Below the pieces are notes generated by a model that was not told the DNA's origin, ran no database searches, and saw only the letters and a program-made list of their open reading frames with translations. The translations under genes were made by a program, and so were the position numbers. A stretch of 64,000 nucleotides of DNA from Phallusia mammillata (lineage: Eukaryota), in the NCBI GenBank assembly GCA_965637545.1, contig OZ281497.1, positions 18,972,001 to 19,036,000 on the forward strand. The letters are read 5' to 3'. This document shows, piece after piece, positions 35,646 through 49,099 of the stretch (its first letter is position 1; every line of letters starts with the position of its first letter).

Positions 35646-38600
35646 TCACGCGCCTACAAATATGGATTCTGGAAGAAGATACGAAGCAACTTCATGTAGT
35701 AGTCTAGAGTATAATGAGACGCCTTGGGTTCGTGTTTGTATCGCCGATTGACTGGTAACCAAATCGGCAAACGTCAACCGAATACTGTGGTAAAGTCGGA
35801 CCGGCCACATAACCGCATGACTTATTAAGTCACTGTCAATCGCCGCATAGCAAGATGCAGCGACATTGTTGACGATAATTGTTCCTTGCGTTGTGAGTGG
35901 CGCGTAAGCACCAGTGTTCGATGTTGTCAACTCGACACGTACGATTTTTTGTGGTCGCATGGGGGCGCCAATGATCGGTACCCCCCAGTCGTCGTTGGGT
36001 AGTTCGAACAGGTATTGACCGGCTTTTACTCTTCCAGCAAAAGTCGCGGTCGGTGTTAAGATTTTGCTGGAAACATTTAAGCTCGTTCGCCATGATGTGA
36101 ACTTGAAAGCGTTCCACGCACTTAGTGGGCTTTCGTCGTTGATCTTTTCCATTTGTGATGACACGTACACCAGGTGGCTTGGCGTCAAACGCAATTCCTT
36201 GCCGGTTTCCGTCACAATCGAAACATAATCCCGACGAAAACTGCGGTCGGTTTGTAAATCCATAAAGGTTAGAACCGTGTCGGGAACAACGTTTCCCCAT
36301 CGGTCGATCGACAGAACTTGGTCGCCTTCTCGAAGTTTCGACATTGGGACGGTCTCACCACTGGGGGTCACAACTTCAGCGTCGCCAGGAAAACATCGGC
36401 CGGTTATGGAGTTATTGTCCTCGTCCTGATCTGCAATGAAAGGAAACTTTATTTTAACGTCTTGTATATTTTCTCCCGTAAGTTTACATGTGTCATCTCC
36501 TATCTTGTATTATTAACAATTCGCGTGCGTAGTTGGCACGAAACGCTGCCGTCGTTCGTTGTGGTCAACCGCAATGCTCTTTTGAGGAACCGTTCATCAC
36601 CCCTAGTGTTTTCACAAAGCGGACTGTACCTATAAAAATCAACAGACCTCGCTCTGTCACTTCAACTCCAACTAAAGCGCACGCGATTGATCTCGCCACG
36701 AAGTCGTGTTATTCATCGCAGCGACGAGACTGCACGTGGCAAAATTCGCGCCGCGGCGGCCCCCGCTCGATTCCCCCGCTAATCCTGTGCCGCTGGCTCC
36801 TCCGTCGGGCGCAGAGCCTTGTAACTGACGATTTGTTTTCATTAATCGATGCCTGACACAATACCGCGCGACGCGAGACGCCCCAGCCGAGCCTGACATA
36901 TTTTCTTTGGGGATAAAAGTCCTGATGGCTGTGGCTTATACCAACGCTGCTGCGAGACATTCCGTAGTGGCATCTTTTGGACATTTTCGCACGATTTACC
37001 GTTAAGTAAACGTTTTTTTGATGTTGGAGTCTCCCGCGTTGTTGCTACCTAATACTATAGCGGTTTTAAGCGTCAACAAAATTCAGCACCCCCGCGTGGT
37101 TACTTGTACTTAGCATGAGTGTTAAATATCATAGATCTCGATTACTTCATTTCCGTCGCTTGGTAACACCGTCAAGCATCAGTTCCCCTAATCGTATATA
37201 TTGCCATGTTATGGTGTGATCAAGTGACTCTCGTATGTTGTTTTCTCCGGGACCGGCGGTGGTCAATGATTTACGTGCTGTTGTGGCGGCGCACTTTCTT
37301 CTTTGACGTGCCACTTTGCAACCCCTGAAGCTAGCGGACATAATCGACTTATACATTGTCGACTTTGCATAAAATATTAATGGATAGCAATCTCGGCGTA
37401 CAAAACTTAGGCGCTGGCCGTATCTCCAGCCGCCAAGTATTTAGTCGCGCAATGTGCCGAATCGTAGCTAGAAATTGAAAACTATGCTCTTAATGGCATG
37501 GAAGAACGTTGCCCACATCAGCAAACCATAAACACGTCCATTAGGATCGCCAAATGACGCTCTTAACAGTCACGGAGTGACGGCAATCAAACGACTACAC
37601 AGCGACGGCTCAAAAAGGCCTGTATTTACCGCCACCACACCGTAACCAAATATTTATTCGCGAGTCGAAGACAAGGTCATTTACCCGGTGGCCCCTCATG
37701 CTAGCTACGTAAGCGTTGGGCTGAAATCGTGGGAACAGGCGCAGGGTTTCAGGGGTGGCATGCGACAGCCTGACTTCCCAAAGAAAACCAACATGTCCCC
37801 GAAAGTAAGTGATCTACCCTCAAGCAGCCCCCAGCCCCCCCGAAACAATGCCATGCTCGAACACGGGTGAACCGACAGCGCGAAGTGCGGGCGAGCTGGT
37901 TCACTTGTCACGCCGAACAGACTGACGAAACTATTCACAAATGGACCGTATGGGCAAATGCTTTTCGCTGAGCATACAAGGTGGGGTAGGGAGTGGCCGA
38001 AGCAAGCACTGGAGTGCTGTGATACACAAGCATCTACAAGTTTGTTTGCGTGTAGGCGGACTAGTGGAAGAATGTGCGCATAAAATCAGTCGCATCATTC
38101 CTGACGTCGATACTTGGGAGCTAATTTCAGTCACGCGCTTAAGTCGCACCCTCGCGCTTCAATAATTCCCAAATTAGATTTCTCGATTCGCGGCTCCGAT
38201 CGGACTGCATTCCGACAATCACTCTCTATAGCCGACGACCTGATGAGCGGCCTTTCCAAAGCCAACCCCGGAAACGGCAACAGTTGCTTCTTTTTCCTTC
38301 GTCTCCGCGCGCACACTTATCACGCGCCCATTCCGCCATATATCAACACGAAGACAATGTATTCGCGGTGACCTGGCCCGCAACGTTCATTGCTCGTCGT
38401 TTTGTAGGGGTCAGGGGTCGCCGGCGAAAGGTCATCGCTTGTTTGTTTTCAAAACAACGTCATACTTTGGTAAGCAGCCACGGGTTCGAGTCGGGAGGTT
38501 TAACGACGGGCGCTCTTGTGTTTGACCGCACTCTTTCCAGGCAGAGCATTGTCTAGCGACTGTCAACAAACAACCCGGGACGTGGAGACAAACACATTCC

Positions 38601-41600
38601 ACGTGTCCTTGCGCAATGCCCCATGCCTACGCCATTTGACCTTTACTGGAATTGCTTAATCGCAACAGGAGCCTGCAATGCCCTAAGATAGTAGCGCATA
38701 CTAAAGGAAGGTGTTGAATCGGAAACAAGGTGCACTTGGTCGTTTCCTGACAATCATTTACCTGATCTTACTGAGCAGTGAATGTGATTTTTCGATGCGT
38801 AGTGGACCCAATCGAAGCCAGCATCGTAAGCGAGCCGAGCCAAGAAAGGGTAGCTGGATGTATCACCGCTGGCCAGGTTAATATCAACGGCCCTCCCTGC
38901 ACAAAAAAACACGGGTTTATCACCAAATACGATATGTAACAGGTAGTAGGCTACTGGTGGGTGTCTACTGCCAGTTTTAAAATGGTCCCAATAACTAAAT
39001 TTGCACATATTCTGTTGCTTGTTTAATTTAAGTGATTATTATTAAACAATACTTTTTCCGAGTTGTTGATTTCTAATTCTAACCTTCATAGTGAAGAGAG
39101 TTGGGACCGTGGCTACCCTCTGGTGCCCAAGCCTCCGTTACTCGTAGTCTGGAGTTGAGTTCGTTGGTTACCAGCAACGCCAGCGAGAGAAGTTTGTCTT
39201 CGCATCGCTGAAAACAAAAATACAAATCCATAACAACTTGCGTATGTCTGGACAACTACGTATGACGTGTAACGTAAACTTGCGTAAACGTTACACGTCA
39301 ATCACGATGGAAGTTAACACCCCAAAAAGCAACTCCCTTCGTCGGGTATCGGAGTTTGGCAGCACGTTTAAAAGGCGCCGAAAGACGATAATGGTTTACT
39401 AGTTGCACACGCGCCCTGCCGACAGCCGAAAGGCGGCGAAGCAAGTTGACAGATGACGAAAAACGGAAGAAATTAGCGTCGGGGGCCTTATTTGATACGC
39501 TCGGGTTGGCGTGAAAGCTTGCGGGATAAAGCGGCAGCGTGCATCACACAAAATTTAATGCCACGCAACAAAAGCTCTTTCCAAGTCACGATGCGTGTGT
39601 AACAAAAGACAGTTAAGGATCCGAGTCCGCATAAAACGCGGCCATTTTCGTTGGAATTTGTTGTGACACATGCAAGGGGCGTGACACTCCCGCGACTCAT
39701 CCGCACCGGCTCCTTCAAACTCAACCACCCGCGTCCCAGTTATGACGTTTAATTTTCGTGTGGCGTTCACGTTCGCTGGCCGCGTGAGCCCTGGCAAGGG
39801 AAAGTCTATTAGCGGCGACCTGCGACGGCTAATGTTCCAATCGACATCGACCGCGAAGCCTAGAGACTCGCGCGCGCATTAGGCAATAACGTGGAATTAT
39901 TCGCGGCGGATTGCAATAGGGGAATTTATCGCCGTTTCGCCACAACTGTCATATTAGCGATCCACTTGCTACGCCCTGCTGTGTGAGAGGCCGGTAGCCG
40001 CGCCCGAGATTTGTTTAGACATCTCACCGATTGCGCGTCAGTGGACCTACTATTTCTGACCATGCGGTAATAGTAATATGCGCTTGCGCGCCGCATCGTG
40101 ACAACGAAATGACACATTGTAAATATATTTAAATCGCGCCTTTCCAGGCTGAGACAAAGCTGGGCGAAACGCGGACGGAATCACCGGGCAGTCGATGCAC
40201 CAACGCTGTATTTAAAGCAAACGCTGATGAGGCTAATAAATTGGCATCTGCCTGAAGTGTGTCACAATTGAACGGCATGCAATTACTTTTGTTTGGCGAC
40301 CGGCCTTAACGGGACCTGGTATTCGAGCGGACAAATGTTCATTGTGAGATTACACTTGCCCGGGCGACCAACCCGATAATTACACGTGCGAAGGGAAACG
40401 GTATTTAACAATAATGTTTTATCAACTTACACCCAAATGCCAGCCAACAGTCAATGCGCGGTTGTTCCGCGTTGCGAGAAAGACCCTAATTTTTTGCGTT
40501 TATACAAGATAAAACAAACGATTTACCGCAAATTTCGAGCTCGAGCACGAAACGATCGCTTTCCTGTGACAGTCTCAAGCACTTTCGGTTGCCGATCAAT
40601 ACCCCAAGTACAAGGCGGTTTTGTTATCGATTTTTAATTTCGCCAGCAAAACAACGTAAATCGACATGTTTGCACAACGGAAGGCATTTATCCGACAAGC
40701 GACGGCGCACGCTTTGATGACTGATACACAAGTCGAGCTAGCCACTCGTTCAAGGTTCAACTCGTAAGGGTACATTGCCATCTATCAGAGTCGCTGCTAT
40801 ACCGGGTCAAGCACTTGGGATAACGGTGCTACACGATAGGACCCGTCCCAGAGTTCCCACTAATATTGATCTCAAGTGCGCATTTGTAAATACAACACGT
40901 TTGCGGCTTCGAACACGCGAACGGGGCCAGGTGACGGAGCTGCCGAATTGCCATTGCTTGCGTAGCGTTGCCATTAACACAAAGGCAATCCGACTCGACA
41001 AAGGCCATCGGAAGGTCCCTTCGACGGTGGAACGGAATATTCCCACGTCAGCTGGCATGATTAGCCATGGGGCGGCAATGTTTGACAGACATGCAATTAA
41101 CTGCGTAATTTCCAACTCGTGATAGTGACGTCACGGAGCGTCACAAACCGTTTTTCAGGGAGTGGGGTCTATACGGCGACAACACGCCGCCGTTGGGTCG
41201 CCAAATAATTGTGACGGGACACGATTACACAACGCGATATTGTAAACGTGTTAAGTTCCCTTATACCCGGATAGGTCAGAGACCTTAAGCGTTCGCAAGG
41301 TCGACCGGTGGAAGAACCGGCGATCGTGAGAAAATCGACGATCTGATATACCTCGAGGCACAGATCGAAATTCAAAATGGCGACCAGTGGTGCATGGCTC
41401 CTGTTGAAATTTTGTTAAAAAAACAGCGCAACGAGGTATGTTTAAGCATCTGTGAGGTGTGAAAAAACTCATTGATCTTGGCCAAAAGTAGCGCAGCGAA
41501 TAAAGGCCCTAATACTTTGATGGTTGGCTAGAAGACATAACATCACTGGCGCTTGGCTCTCACCGCTGCATCTTTCCGCCGCGCACCACCACTTTGTTTT

Positions 41601-43697
41601 TCGCTGGTCCAGGGATTTGCCTGATTCACGGTTTATCAGGCAATATTTCACAGTCTGCCGACTCGTGGCACACCCCAGACTTAAAATCGGACTTAAATGA
41701 CAACGCGAGGGCTGCAATTCCGGCGCTTTTGATCTTGCTGTGCGCCAAACAAAGTACCTCCATCTGTTGAAACGTGAGCGCTAGCGATCGGCTCAAATCT
41801 GGGAGCTGAGCCCCTAATCCATGCACCGTGTCATTGGCTATAGGGATTGTTTATTTAACTAATAACGGACTCTCAAAGTAGTTGACCTGCCAGTCGTGGT
41901 CTACGTTTTGCCAGTTCGCGTGAAAAAATATATCCGCCCGACTCGAAATATCCTGGAATTTAAAAATCGCGCTGTTTGTAACACGAGGAAAAAACACGAA
42001 AACTTCGCGCCGGCAAAGTGAGAATCTGATTTTGTTGTGATCGCCAGATGGGCAGCGATTGCAGTGCTAAAACTCCTCGACGAATCGATTTTGAACAGGA
42101 GCGCATCCATAATTTATTCCATCAATTTCCGTAATCGCCTGTAACCGGGATTTTGACCCCGACCCTCGTGGGTTCGGGCGATTATCGCAGTCTGTCCGTC
42201 CCCGGGGACCCAGGCGAAAGTATTTTTTGAAAGAGAGTGGCTATTTCCCGATGGCGGTAACTCAGCTGCCCGAAGAAGAGTTATTTCCATTACGAATGAG
42301 TATGTCGGCTCTAGAAAGTATCCGTCCTCGCATGACAGCAAGCAAGCGCGTCTCAACCAACACGTTGACAATAGAAAGGGCGGTGAAAGTGGTTGACCAT
42401 AAAATTAAACCCTGTTAGCGATGACCCACGTCAGACCCATGGCTTCACGCTCTTGGCTTCGCTCGTGCCATTGAAGTTTTCAGAAAGCAGATCCCGAAAT
42501 CCTGAAGTTATTTCACGAACGGGGAACGGCCGCAAATTGAACCGCCCTCGCTAATTGGTCCCACGATTTTTATCATATCGTGTATTACATATTTTCGCAT
42601 CGTCATCGTATGAATATCTCAAATATGCGGAAAAACATTGTGGGCTTCCGCGATTGGGAGTATTTGTGGCCATAAACGCGAAATTTTCCGAACATAAAAC
42701 AAACCGTTTCTGGACTAAATGGTTCAAAAATGTCTCATATTTAATAGCATGATATTTAATTTCACAAGTTATAATGTTTATTTCCCGACTTGTGATATAC
42801 ATAGAATGAAAGGTGGAAATCGTTGCAACAATGGCAATAGAACTGGAAATTATTACCTGAATCAATTTACCATGATTTGTAATTTGTCCTATTTGATAAC
42901 AATTAAGCACGTAAATTAAAGTGTTTTCAAATACTAAAAGTTTACATGCAATATATGATTTCGATTTTTTTTTATCGGCAATGATTAAATTTTTATTTCT
43001 TACACAAACAACATTTATTCCTCGATTTTTGTCTCACCTTGGTCATTCTTCGATCTTCCATATTTGCTTCGTCATCTTTAAAAACGATCATGGTGGTGAT
43101 GACCGTTACGAGTTGCGTCGAATTGAAGTGAACCGGGCCTTTCACGGGACCACTGGCGATTGGGGACTGTTCAGAGTATCGGGGGAGGAACTCACCTTGT
43201 TTAAGAAGAGGGCTTGAAATCGGTTTGGTTCTCGGAAAACCAGGTTGATCGCGTGGGCGACAAGCTGCAGCAAGGACATTTGGCCCGACAAACGGATGGT
43301 CAGTCCACGACGCTGCGCCGCGTAATATGTCGCATATTATGGGATTAGCAACAAACAGCCACATTATGAAGCCGTGAAGACAAAGTCTAACTGATGATTT
43401 CATCGTGTATTTGTCCACACTATGGCGGGCGCACAGTTTTCGAGCTTTTAAAAGCTTGTCCCGTCGCGAGGGCGATTTGTGATGCTGACAATGCAGTCCG
43501 TTGGTAAATCGGTTGTGTTGCCGACTTTGCGATTGTGGGCAAGTGCAAACCGCTGTGGCGTTTCGTGAATGAGATGTTGCAGAGTCTGCTTGGTTGTCGG
43601 CGAGTCCGCGCTTGGACAAAAAGTCACTGGAATATTCTGTTTCGGGCACTTCGAAATTCAACATCGAGCAGTCCTGGTTTATGTCGACTTTTTCCAT
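35646..43697 (-). CDS. hh: Hedgehog precursor (Hedge + Hint/SRR), four coding exons: 43697(or 43403)-43038, 39207-39084, 38896-38762, 36430-35646
   Basis: [17 protein letters not shown]|[23 protein letters not shown]|[29 protein letters not shown]|..[34 protein letters not shown]; splice phases all consistent; start codon uncertain. Confidence 0.96.
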
Positions 43698-46600
43698 TTT
43701 AAATCCGTTTTCAAGCAAACTTGATAGCCAATACCAGCATGTTAACAAAAATAAATAGTAAATATGTGCACACTGCAACACATATATTCAACAACATAAA
43801 TAAACCTCAACGCAAGTAAAACTCGTGTATAACACTTTAGAGTAAACAAGTTACAACTATAAAATCAACTCAGAATTCGCTGCAAAGTCACGTAATGTCC
43901 AAAACTGTCAACCCTAAATCTCGACCAAACCGGGTCAGATTTGTTTGCATCAGCATGCTTGTAACCTTTGATCGCTTTTGCGACCAAGACTCGCTTTTAC
44001 GACCTGCCAAACTGTCAGCGAAACGACAGAGCTCTCGGCTTTTTGTCACTTTACATTTTTTATGTGTTTTCTGTTTGCCTCGAACAAACACGCCGGACGA
44101 CGATAATCACAAGCTCGTCAAAAACCCACGCAGCGTTCCAATAGCTCAAACTTTTATTTCAGCTTTAACTGGACAACGATAACTTCTTTCCTTAAACCTG
44201 AACATCGGTAACTTTAGCTATCATATAGCCTCGTTTAATAAGCCTAATGTCCGCCACGCTCCTGTTCGACCATTTTATATGTAATCTAGGTTTATGAAAT
44301 TGGCGATTTTGCATTCCAAGTGTACCTTTTTTCCCTGCCTCAGGACCAACCGACACGCTTTGTGGCGCTTGAGTCGCCTTGGAATAGTACGACGGTCTAT
44401 GTCCTCTTCTGCCGGAATGGCGCCTCCGCACATGCCACAGGAGACAAAACAGGTCACTTGCTCACTCTCTCTCTCTCCGACATCAAAACAGCGCAAAAAT
44501 CTCGATAGGTGGCGTTTACGATCGGACACACGGTGGAACAAAGGCGCATTCCCTTTGTGCTTGTATCTTTAACGAGACCAAAGTTTGCTAGTAAGAGACT
44601 GCTATCTGCCCGCTTTGTTTTACGACTGGCATCGAATTGGAATTCTGTGGTTCGCCTAGCGATATTGGCCGAGGCGTACCGAGCTATCTTTGAATCAGAC
44701 CTGAATGCGTGAGAAACCCTTTTGCTGAAGGCGCGCCGCAATTTGTGATAGTTTTCGAAGTTGCTAATTTCTCTTCTTTTAACTAACATTAATACGTTAA
44801 ATGCCATGACGTCAGGACAAAAAGTCCGCGGGTCATAGGCGCTCTATTGTGCCTGGCCTTTCGACACCTGATAATTACAGTGATTAATGCGACAAAGAGT
44901 ACACTCTTCCATCGACGTTTGTAATTATCATTTCGGCGAACTCCCTCAAAAGGGCGTGCTACAGTCCATCGATGCCCAATGCTTGTTTGCATGTGAAACT
45001 TACTGTGCTGCTGGCCAACTCGGAAACGCCAGGGTCTGAAGTAGCTCTGCGCTTGACATTTTACACTGTTGCGAGCCAACAAGCAAACAGAATAACGACC
45101 GATACTGTCGTGGCGTTTGAAGTCAGCTGGCTGTGGTGTGCGAGCTGCCGCGCCTCGTAGTATTTCTCACCCTTACAAAATGCCGCAATGTCGTAATCCA
45201 AATCGCCGTGCACTCTGCGCGTATCAAGACTCAGCTAGAGTATCTGAAAGTTTAGCACTACTGCGTACTTGCCAGGGTGGTCCACTCTGCAACTGATCGC
45301 GCTAACAGTTTGCAACGCACAACAGAGGTGTCTAAGGCATTACAGGTCAGCTTACTAGAAACCCAAACCCACGCCAAGCCGGCATATTTCCTGCATGTCG
45401 TTTGAATTCGCGACAAACCTGTAACCCTTTGCGGCCTCCAATACCGGTCGAGCGTCGTGCCAAAAGCGAGGAAACGGGCACTTTTTTGCAGTGTTTCCGC
45501 GCCGTTGTTTGCGAAGTGAGCGCGACTGTGACGAGGCGGATGGCCGCAGGAACTGGCGGTGAAAGCAAACAATCGTGAGATGTGGGAAGAAAGCGAACCC
45601 ACAGCCATGACAAACTCATCGAGTTACCGCTCTGTCACGGTCACTTGCATATCACTGGCGAGAACGATCAATTAGCCGATGTGAGAATGTTGATTACCGA
45701 CGGCAACATTTGGCGTCCAAGTGATGCGGTGGTTTCAAAATCGTGCGAGTTGCAAGCTGGCGAATCCGAGTTGATTAACAGAGACGCGAAACCACAGTCG
45801 AGGTGGATGGAACCGCGCCCCCGGGGTCTTCACTGGAAGTTTTAACACCGAATCGGGTTACAATTTCAGTTGAGGGCACTGGTACCTTTCCTTCGGGATA
45901 ATCCACATCGGGACAGAAATTTTTCTCAAGCACGCCGTTTCCTCCTTAAGATGACGTGATGTGTGCACAAGGCGCATGACGTATGCTGTTTGACGAACGC
46001 GCGTCACTTCAAAAGCGAGTCGCGACACAAAAGATTTTACATCTTTCAAGTCAACTCTGTACAATCAACAGACAACGTTCGTCTGGTCATCCCGCGAGGG
46101 CGCGTGCTGTTTGCCTACGGCTAACACACATTTTTTGTAACTAATATTCGCTCACTAAGAAAAGAGCATCCGGCTTTCTGCTGAGTAACCCGTGCACGCT
46201 AAACTTTCATCAGTTCCTCGTTCAGGGCGCATTGTTTTCCACACACGCTTGTTTTGAGGAAAGGCGCCTTACCTGTGGCAATGCCGCAGCCCCACGTAAC
46301 CACGAGTGACCTGGCGTCGTTTCCTGCTGACCTCATCTCGAGCTTGTCGCACTCCAGAACCTGCGCGAAGTTTGTAGACAGCATCGGGTCGGACACGAAA
46401 ATAGGCCCGACATGTGCAAGTCGCTTTGCGAAGGGCGTCCGCAGATACATCATTCTGCTATTTTTGACTTCGTGGGAAAGCGCGGTTGCGTCACGCCAAT
46501 CTACGAGTGATTACGCTCTACGCGCGCCGCGCAATTAACGAAGGTTGCGTAAACTAAACTCCTTGCGTGCCGCTTAGGGCAAGAGCCGCCCGCTTCCTAA

Positions 46601-47094
46601 ACTGCCAGGCGCGATGAACATAGACCTTAACAATGCTCGTAGACAAACACGGAGTTTTAAAAGCGCCGACTAACACGCTGAATGGAGCATCAAGTCCGGC
46701 CTGAAAAGATGTGGCGAGTAGGTGTTATCCAAGGGCTTACAACAACACGGCTGCGAGAAAGGAGCGTCAGCACTCATAGAGACAAGCACTTTCGCCATTA
46801 TGCAATGCTAATGGAGCGAGGCAGTCACTCCACACTGATGGCGCAAATGACCTTTGTGAAGAGCTGTTGGCAATATGGACAAAAACGTCGGCTAATTTTA
46901 CCCCCACTGTCAACACCATAACGATTTGGACCAGTTAAAAAAATATTTGTCGGCGCTAAAGCAACCACGCTTTGGCGCCACCTCGAGGTTTTGTTTCAAT
47001 TTGGGAATTTATCAAATTCGTTGTCTGACTAAAAGGACCGGAGCAATTTTAACCGAAGCATGTCGTCATAGTGTAGGCAAGATGTAATCAGAAA

Positions 47095-47766
47095 GTAAAA
47101 CGTAAAAAAGTCAAATCAGTCCAATGAAGAAATTCTCTTTTATTTTTCTGTTGTTTTACAGATCAGGCACATGTGTCACTGGAACACTTGTCTTGAATGC
47201 GAGCGAGACTTAGAAATAAACAGGGCGGTGGTTCAAATTGATTCAGTTCCGTCTGAGGGTTTAGAGTGGACGGTGAAAGTGGGCTCTGGGCCTTTCGTGC
47301 GACCGCGCCTAGAGGCCAACAATGGCTCGGGCAATTTTCTCACGGGGACGAAGTACCGCGTAACAGTTGTCCGTCGAATGTTTGACATTTGTTGACAAAG
47401 TCGAAATCCAGGTATGTTCGTCACAAAGCCCTCGGAATAAATGCGTCACGGTACTACTGACGCTGTCGTCATCGCGCCATGATAAAGAACTTTAAGCCGG
47501 TTCCCAAGCCTCGCATATTGCGTCACCGCCCCCGTGCTGAGCGACGGGTTTGTCGAGTGTCCTCTACCCCACCTTCTGCCCCCATCCTAAGCGGGGTTAA
47601 TACCCCTCGACAAAGCCACATTGGTAATGGACGTCTGGAAGTTTCGCTACCACGGGCGTATTACGGTATGCGTAAGTATTTCATTAAACTGTTTGGGGGC
47701 GACGAAAAGAAAAGCTTTCACAACCAATAGGCTTGTGATGATTGAAGCTTAAGAATTGGCTTTCAG
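47095..47766 (+). ncRNA. Possible spliced non-coding transcript divergent from hedgehog
   Basis: GT..AG introns 47095-47161 and 47672-47766 and donor CAG|GTATGT at 47412; no convincing ORF; no transcript evidence. Confidence 0.3.
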
Positions 47767-48887
47767 GGTTCTCGTGTGAATAATACACCGGTTACATCAC
47801 CAACATTCACTTGCAAAGTAAACCTTTGGGCTTTTGTGTGAACCACTTGATCTACAGGCAACGTTCGAGTTCACACGCCTTTGTACACCGACCAGTTGCT
47901 GTTGATATATTCAAAACATTGATCCGGGCGACCTAAATGGCAGACGATAAAGTATATCAGAACTGCGATCTTTACGTAAATCGCGGTTACAATATTTGCG
48001 CTCGGCTCATTGGAAAGGCACGAACGTTTTGTGCGAATTTCTCTGTGGGAAAATTAGTTAAATTCTCCTTTGAGCGGCTGCTTCCTGTAAAAAGCGGCTC
48101 GTTTTTACTCCAGGAACAACGCGAAACCGCAACACTGCGCACGCGGAACAGAAACCTTAAGAATAAGAAGCAATCAAAGTGAGATCCTGTGGCAGGCGGT
48201 ACGATATATAAACAATCACGACCTCGGGAGCATTGGTCTGACAAGGCGCCAAATTGACCCAGCGAGTGACCTTTCCTGCGCTGAACGCAAACGTCTTCTG
48301 GAAGTTGTTGCCGATTTCTACTTTAAACGACCATCAAACATGCACTTCGCGCAAGCCGATTGCCTCCATCACGTCCGACAACCTTCCTCTCCTTGGAAGC
48401 GTCTGACCGGCCGATCGCAGGCAATCAATCAAACTGCCTGGAGACGCCCCCATTGGTCAATCGCTCCTATCGCAACAATAGCGAAGGTGTTGAAACGTGG
48501 ACTTGTCGCTTCAACTCGTGCGCATCAGCTTGTTTGCACAGCGAGCTTGGACCCTTAAAAGGTGCACTATTGGGACATACGCATCCGTTTGCAATTTATC
48601 GCCAATGTAAAAATCTATCAACATCAGTCACACATTAAAGGTGCATGGAATTGTAGCTTATAACTGCTTTAACTTTCAAGTATATTGGGAGCATGGTAAG
48701 TGCCACTGGCATAATATAGAGGAAAAAGGGATTTACCCTGTTTTTGCGATAACCACAAAACCGGGTTTCTAAAACAAAAACAAGTAGAAACTTGCGCAGT
48801 AATGCTGTATGATATACATAGGTATGATATCAGTGTTAAAGTATTTTAAACCTATTTAGTGCAGGGAACATACAGATTTGGCTTAAA

Positions 48888-49056
48888 ATACCACCTCGGT
48901 GAATCCGGATCTTCGCCTAATTCGGGTAAAACTCGAGGTACAAATGATTTGTAATGTGGTGAGACAAACTGATCGACATCGGTTAATCAGGGTCTTCGCC
49001 TAATCCGGACATTTTTTTGGTCCAAATAGGTTCGGGTTAATCGAGGTTAATGTATA
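48888..49056. mobile_element. Degenerate pogo/Tigger-like MITE remnant
   Basis: acctcggtgaatccgga at left, ttaatcgaggttaatgta-ta at right, internal cttcgcctaatccgg repeats. Confidence 0.45.
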
Positions 49057-49099
49057 TTGCTTGCAAAAAAATCAAAACAACAAAATAAACAAGCAAGGT

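Noticed and set aside
38239-38292. CTGATGA...GGAAAC as a hammerhead in hh intron 3
   Set aside because: Stem II does not close next to GAAA and no NUH with a matching stem I or III
38470-38496. B-box-like GGTTCGAGTC as a tRNA or SINE
   Set aside because: No A box or cloverleaf
38768-38775. Cryptic GTAAGA donor inside hh exon 3
   Set aside because: Using it would shift the frame of the Hint exon; the downstream donor preserves HCSVRS
40224-40256. CTGATGA plus hairpin in hh intron 1
   Set aside because: No GAAA box after the stem
43085-43115. Possible compensating frameshifts explaining the odd LVTVITTM segment of hh (other frame reads NGHHHHD)
   Set aside because: The alternative frame does not restore NYNPD spacing; the main frame is open and continuous
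45274-45282. Gli-like site AGGGTGGTC upstream of hh
   Set aside because: Single site with a mismatch; expected by chance
36500-48650. Dozens of 60-120 aa ORFs in hedgehog introns and upstream DNA
   Set aside because: No recognisable domains, overlapping on both strands, expected by chance in GC-richer sequence
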